A stretch of DNA of 63,021 nucleotides, the filler included, from Stramenopiles sp. TOSAG23-6 (taxonomy: Eukaryota), in NCBI GenBank assembly GCA_900128565.1. It is 11 parts of 11 records of this genome, joined end to end, with 100 filler letters (N's around TTAATTAATTAA, not from the genome) between each part and the next. Parts side by side here need not be neighbours in the genome. Positions count along the whole stretch, not along the records: positions 54,159 to 60,789 come from LT636670.1; positions 60,890 to 61,905 come from LT639944.1; positions 62,006 to 63,021 come from LT639945.1; 8 more parts are not named here. One strand, 5' to 3'. Below the pieces are notes generated by a model. It did no database searches and had not been told where the DNA came from. It saw only the letters and a list, made by a program, of their open reading frames with translations. The translations under genes were made by a program, and so were the position numbers. Positions within the stretch are counted from its first letter, which is position 1. The number at the start of each line of letters is the position of its first letter. Positions 59,021 to 63,021 of this stretch are shown here, one piece after another.

Positions 59021-60220
59021 ATGAAGGCATATTGTATAAGAAGTATATATATTTTATTATTCGTCTTTTCATTTGCGACGTCAAGTAGTGTTCATGTGAC
59101 AAGCGAAAATTTCGAGAAGCAGGTTGCGCGAAAGGACTTTACGCTTTTACTCTTTACGGCCCCATGGTGCGGGCACTGTAAAAGACTTGTACCAATATAT
59201 GATACAGTAGCAGACACGTTCAACAAAAATCAATCAAACGTACTTGTCGCGTCTGTGGATGTAACTACCGAACAGGCTCTCGTGGCTCACTTCAATGTAT
59301 CTGGTTTTCCAACGCTTCTATGGTTTTCTCCAGATAGTGAACCCACTATTTATGAAGGAAGCATGACTACAACTGATATAATCGATTTCTTGAATTCACA
59401 GATGGGTGTTGTGCAATGTAAAGAAAAACGCAGACCAAAATACTTTGTAAACATTAACTCCATCACCTCTTTTGGCACTACCGTTTTAAACCCTTCAAAA
59501 CACGCATTTGTATTGTTCTTTGCACCTTGGTGTAGTCGTTGCAAATCACTTTCAACTTCTTTTGAATCACTAGCTTGGACATTTCGTGCTGAGCCTACTA
59601 TAGTCATTGCGCGTGTTGATGTCACAACTCAAAAAGAATTAGCTCAAGAATTTCAAGTCACGAAATATCCAGTGCTGAAATTTTTTGGTGCCTCTCCTAC
59701 TGGAGATAAAATAGTTGAAGAATATGCAGGGAAACATGAAATACAAGATATGGTAGCATTTATTAATATAAAAGCTTTTACCAAACGTTTAGTTGGTGGA
59801 GATTTTACTTCTGATGTTGGACACCTCAAAAACTTTGATATTTTAGTTTCTAACCTAATCAAAGACTTAACGCAAAAAGAAGACGCAGGTCGTGTAGACA
59901 AATCTTTGGAGGCACTACTTGACGCAACATCTTATCAAGTTGATAAGACAACTGGGGTGACGAATCATGTAATATCAGGACATTCTGTTGCACCTCTTGT
60001 AGCACATGCATATTTTAGCAATACTCATTTATATCAAGATGTTTATTCAGTAACTGCAAAAAATGTAGTACAAAAAGGTACACAGTGGCTGCTCATTGAA
60101 CAAGCAAGATTAGAAAGGCTTTTAAATAGCAAAAGCTTGACTGTGGAAAAACGGGATATCTTTATCATCAGGAGAAATATTTTGGCTGTTTTTGTAAAAC
60201 ATGTTTTAAGACATCGTTAG
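59021..60220 (+). CDS. Protein disulfide isomerase, ERp38-like
   Basis: Signal peptide, APWCGHCK, APWCSRCK, ERp29-like C-terminus. Confidence 0.9.
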   Translation: MKAYCIRSIYILLFVFSFATSSSVHVTSENFEKQVARKDFTLLLFTAPWCGHCKRLVPIYDTVADTFNKNQSNVLVASVDVTTEQALVAHFNVSGFPTLLWFSPDSEPTIYEGSMTTTDIIDFLNSQMGVVQCKEKRRPKYFVNINSITSFGTTVLNPSKHAFVLFFAPWCSRCKSLSTSFESLAWTFRAEPTIVIARVDVTTQKELAQEFQVTKYPVLKFFGASPTGDKIVEEYAGKHEIQDMVAFINIKAFTKRLVGGDFTSDVGHLKNFDILVSNLIKDLTQKEDAGRVDKSLEALLDATSYQVDKTTGVTNHVISGHSVAPLVAHAYFSNTHLYQDVYSVTAKNVVQKGTQWLLIEQARLERLLNSKSLTVEKRDIFIIRRNILAVFVKHVLRHR

Positions 60221-60398
60221 GTGAGACATTGTTTCCAAGGGGAAAAAAGTATTTTGGAGATTATTTTAACTAGAAAAAAAAGTATTTTGGAGATTATTTT
60301 AACAATACAATCTTACCAATAAATTCAACAAGTGATTAGTGCTTTCTCTCTTTATTGTTCTCTTTATTGTTCTCTTTATTGTTTTTTAATTAAAAAAA

Positions 60399-60724
60399 TT
60401 ATTCAATAGGTAAAATATCAGGAATTTGATTCACATGAGGCAAAGCCATATTATAGCATTTTATCAACTCTTGGCGGGTCAAAGGTCGAGTCGATCCGTT
60501 TTTCTTCATTGTACATGAATTGTAAAAAAAGTATTTCAAAAAAAAAATTGTTACGTACAAAATTTCGTACAAAAAAAAAAGGTTAAATTTGAAATTGAAA
60601 TGAAAACGTACACTCTTTCGATATCGACAGAGGGCCAATACTTTCACGAATTAAGCGCAATACTTTCAAATCAGCACGATTACACAATCGTCGAACTTGC
60701 CTATTTTTACCTTGATTTATTGAA
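60399..60724 (-). CDS. RsuA/RluB-family pseudouridine synthase, last two exons
   Basis: Spliced product SINQGKNRQVRRLC...LKVLRLIRESIG...RPLTRQE. Confidence 0.8.
60515..60611 (-). mobile_element. Introner-like intron GT-AT
   Basis: Frame SKECTMKKNG. Confidence 0.85.
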
Positions 60725-60789
60725 ATGTATTTTGGAAAAATATTTCAAAAACAAAAAAAATCGTTAGGTACAAAATTTCGTACGAAAAA
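60725..60789 (-). mobile_element. 3' half of introner-like intron (AT)
   Basis: Family consensus at the contig end. Confidence 0.75.
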
Positions 60790-60889
60790 NNNNNNNNNNN
60801 NNNNNNNNNNNNNNNNNNNNNNNNNNNNNNNNNTTAATTAATTAANNNNNNNNNNNNNNNNNNNNNNNNNNNNNNNNNNNNNNNNNNNN

Positions 60890-61036
60890 TTTTTTTTTGT
60901 TTTTAAAAAATTTTTTCCCAAAAAAAAAAAAAAAAAATTTTTTTTTTTTTTTTTTTTTACTATTTTTTTTTTCATATGAAATTTTGTACCTAAACAAACA
61001 AACAAAAAAAAAATTTTAATATTTTTTTCAATACAT
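60890..61036 (+). mobile_element. 3' part of introner-like intron (AT)
   Basis: GAAATTTTGTACCTAAAC...TTCAATAC-AT. Confidence 0.6.
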
Positions 61037-61159
61037 GCAGTTAAATTTGTGAATGAAGATTTCATTTCGATGTGTGAAAAATATAAAAACCTAATCGAGT
61101 ATAAAAATCAAAATTTAACACGAAATACAACAAGTCAACTTGGCCTTGAAGCAAAACGA

Positions 61160-61905
61160 AACCCTAACCCTAATGATGATTTTGTAATGATTGGAAATAA
61201 TGGGTTACAATTTAATAATAAACCCTAACCCTAATATGATGATTTTTTGTAATGATTGGAAATAATGAGTTACAATATAATAATAAACCCTAACCCTAAT
61301 ATGATGATTTTTTGTAATAATACAATTTAATAATAATACAATTTAAAAATATGTATGTGAATATTAATTACGTGTATATGTACAAATTACTTGATGTGAA
61401 AAAAAACGTTTGGTACAACATTTCGATACAAAAATATGAAATATGCGATTTTGCAACATATACGAATAATTAGGGTTAGGGTTAGGGTTAGGGTGTATAT
61501 GTACAAATTACTTGATGTGAAAAAAAACGTTTCGTACAACATTTCGATACAAAAATATGAAATATGCGATTTTTCAACATATACGAATAATTGTACAATT
61601 TACTTGATGTGAAAATGATTATATTTTATTTTAAAAATAAAAAAGAAAGATTTGATACAAAACCAAAACTTGTTTTTTTATTTTTTCCTTTTTTTTTATT
61701 TTTATTTATTATAATGTATGGACACAACCACCATACATTCATTTATGTATACATTCATTTATTTTGTCGCTAGGAAGACATCCTCCTCCTCCCAACAACT
61801 CTTTTTTTTTATTTTTGTTTTATTTTTTTTTATTTTTATTTTTTATGTATGGACACAACCACCATACATTCATTTATTTTGTCCCTAGGAAGACATCCTC
61901 TTCCT
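61160..61905. repeat. Complex tandem repeats with CCCTAA/TTAGGG tracts
   Basis: ~65-bp units containing AAACCCTAACCCTAAT, ~120-bp units flanking (TTAGGG)4, and a duplicated GGACACAACCACCATACATTC unit. Confidence 0.8.
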
Positions 61906-62218
61906 NNNNNNNNNNNNNNNNNNNNNNNNNNNNNNNNNNNNNNNNNNNNTTAATTAATTAANNNNNNNNNNNNNNNNNNNNNNNNNNNNNNNNNNNNNNN
62001 NNNNNCTATGAGTCTATGACATGACAGAAACTTTTGACACGTGTTATGACTCGCGAGTCGCGACACGTGTCACAAAAAAAAAACTACCTATATACACTTC
62101 GACTTCGAACATCTTCTCGAATCTCTCTCGACGTCTCTCAGAGAAATATAAAATTGTACTAGACTGAAGCATTATTTGAAAATGGAACGAGTGGCAGAAT
62201 TAAGATAATAGGATCATC

Positions 62219-63021
62219 ATGAAGTTATTAAAGAAAGAAATTAGTAATAAGGATGGAGAAGGTATGATTCTTATTCTTCCAGAACATGCTGAAGACATGT
62301 GGCATGTGTATAATCTTATCACTGAAGAGGACCAAGTTCGAGCTACCACGTTTCGCAAGGTTGTGACTTCATCATCTACAGGATCAACGACATCTGAAAA
62401 AAAAAGAGTAATGCTAACTCTCAAGGTTGAACAAGTTGATTTTGATCCAGCTGAGGGTTTAATTCGTGTAAAAGGTCGTAATATAGAAGAAAATCCGTAC
62501 GTTAAAATGGGTGCGTATCACACCATTGACTTAGAAATAAATAGGAAGATTCAATTAGCCAAACCATGTTGGGACGCTGTGTTTCTTGAGCGCCTTGAAA
62601 CTGCAATCGACGTATCTAAATCTGCTGATCTTGCAGCCGTCGTTATGCACGAAGGTTTAGCTCATGTTTGTCTTGTCAGTCAATATATGACGATAGTACG
62701 TGCAAAGATTGAACAAAGTATACCCAAGAAACGTCGCGGATGAATAAATTCTACGAAGCTATCTTACAAGCTATTGTGCGTCATATAGACTTCGATGTTG
62801 TAAAATGCTGTTTACTTGCGTCACCTGGTTTTATAAAAGACGATTTCTTCAAATATATTTTTAGTCAAGCTGCTAAAAGAGGAGAGGGTGAGAAAGAGTT
62901 GAAGGCATTATTTGAGCATAAAAATAAATTTGTAAAGTGTCATTCAACATCTGGGCATAAACATGCATTGAATGAAGTACTTGGAGACAGTAGTGTCATG
63001 GCTCCAATGGCTGATACAAAA
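62219..63021 (+). CDS. PELO: Pelota/Dom34, partial, frame break near 62740
   Basis: EDMWHVYNLI, KMGAYHTIDLE, IPKKR; continues as NKFYEAILQAIVRHIDF...LASPGF in another frame. Confidence 0.93.

Noticed and set aside
4934-61036. CRISPR array or ciliate-like DNA-excised sequences
   Set aside because: The repeats are dispersed within eukaryotic genes; strict sense orientation, a donor-like end and a branch motif favour RNA splicing, although DNA excision is not formally excluded
62730-62750. Programmed frameshift or readthrough in pelota
   Set aside because: Several residues appear deleted; similar breaks near 14250, 16456, 38676 and 41570 point to artefact

Overview
AT-rich, gene-dense eukaryotic DNA, probably a heterotrophic stramenopile-like protist (inferred from gene content). 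It consists of about 11 unrelated contigs joined by N-TTAATTAATTAA-N spacers and carries assembly or amplification artefacts: an exact contig duplication, an inverted duplication and microhomology junctions. The genes are mostly housekeeping: an MFS transporter, CCDC93, VPS13-like, GST, PP2C, a HECT E3, TOM1-like, DEPDC5, a PIH1-domain protein, CHAF1B, CUL3, PDI and pelota. The main signal is that every intron I could reconstruct belongs to one repeated 93-206 nt family with consensus RTAYGTTTT...TTTCGTACGAAATTTTGTACCTAAC...ATATTTTT(T/C)CA(A/C)AATAC-NN. Removing these elements restores conserved reading frames, but they mostly do not end in AG. Of 24 complete copies, 16 end in AT, 3 in AG, 2 in TT and 1 each in CG, AA and TA; the donors are 21 GT, 2 AT and 1 GC. 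The elements look like MITE-derived Introners (GTAT...ATAC ends, 2-bp AT duplication) spliced by machinery with a relaxed 3' splice site. A giant Gly/Ser beta-repeat protein with an internal, apparently non-cleaving peptidase S74 chaperone domain is also present.
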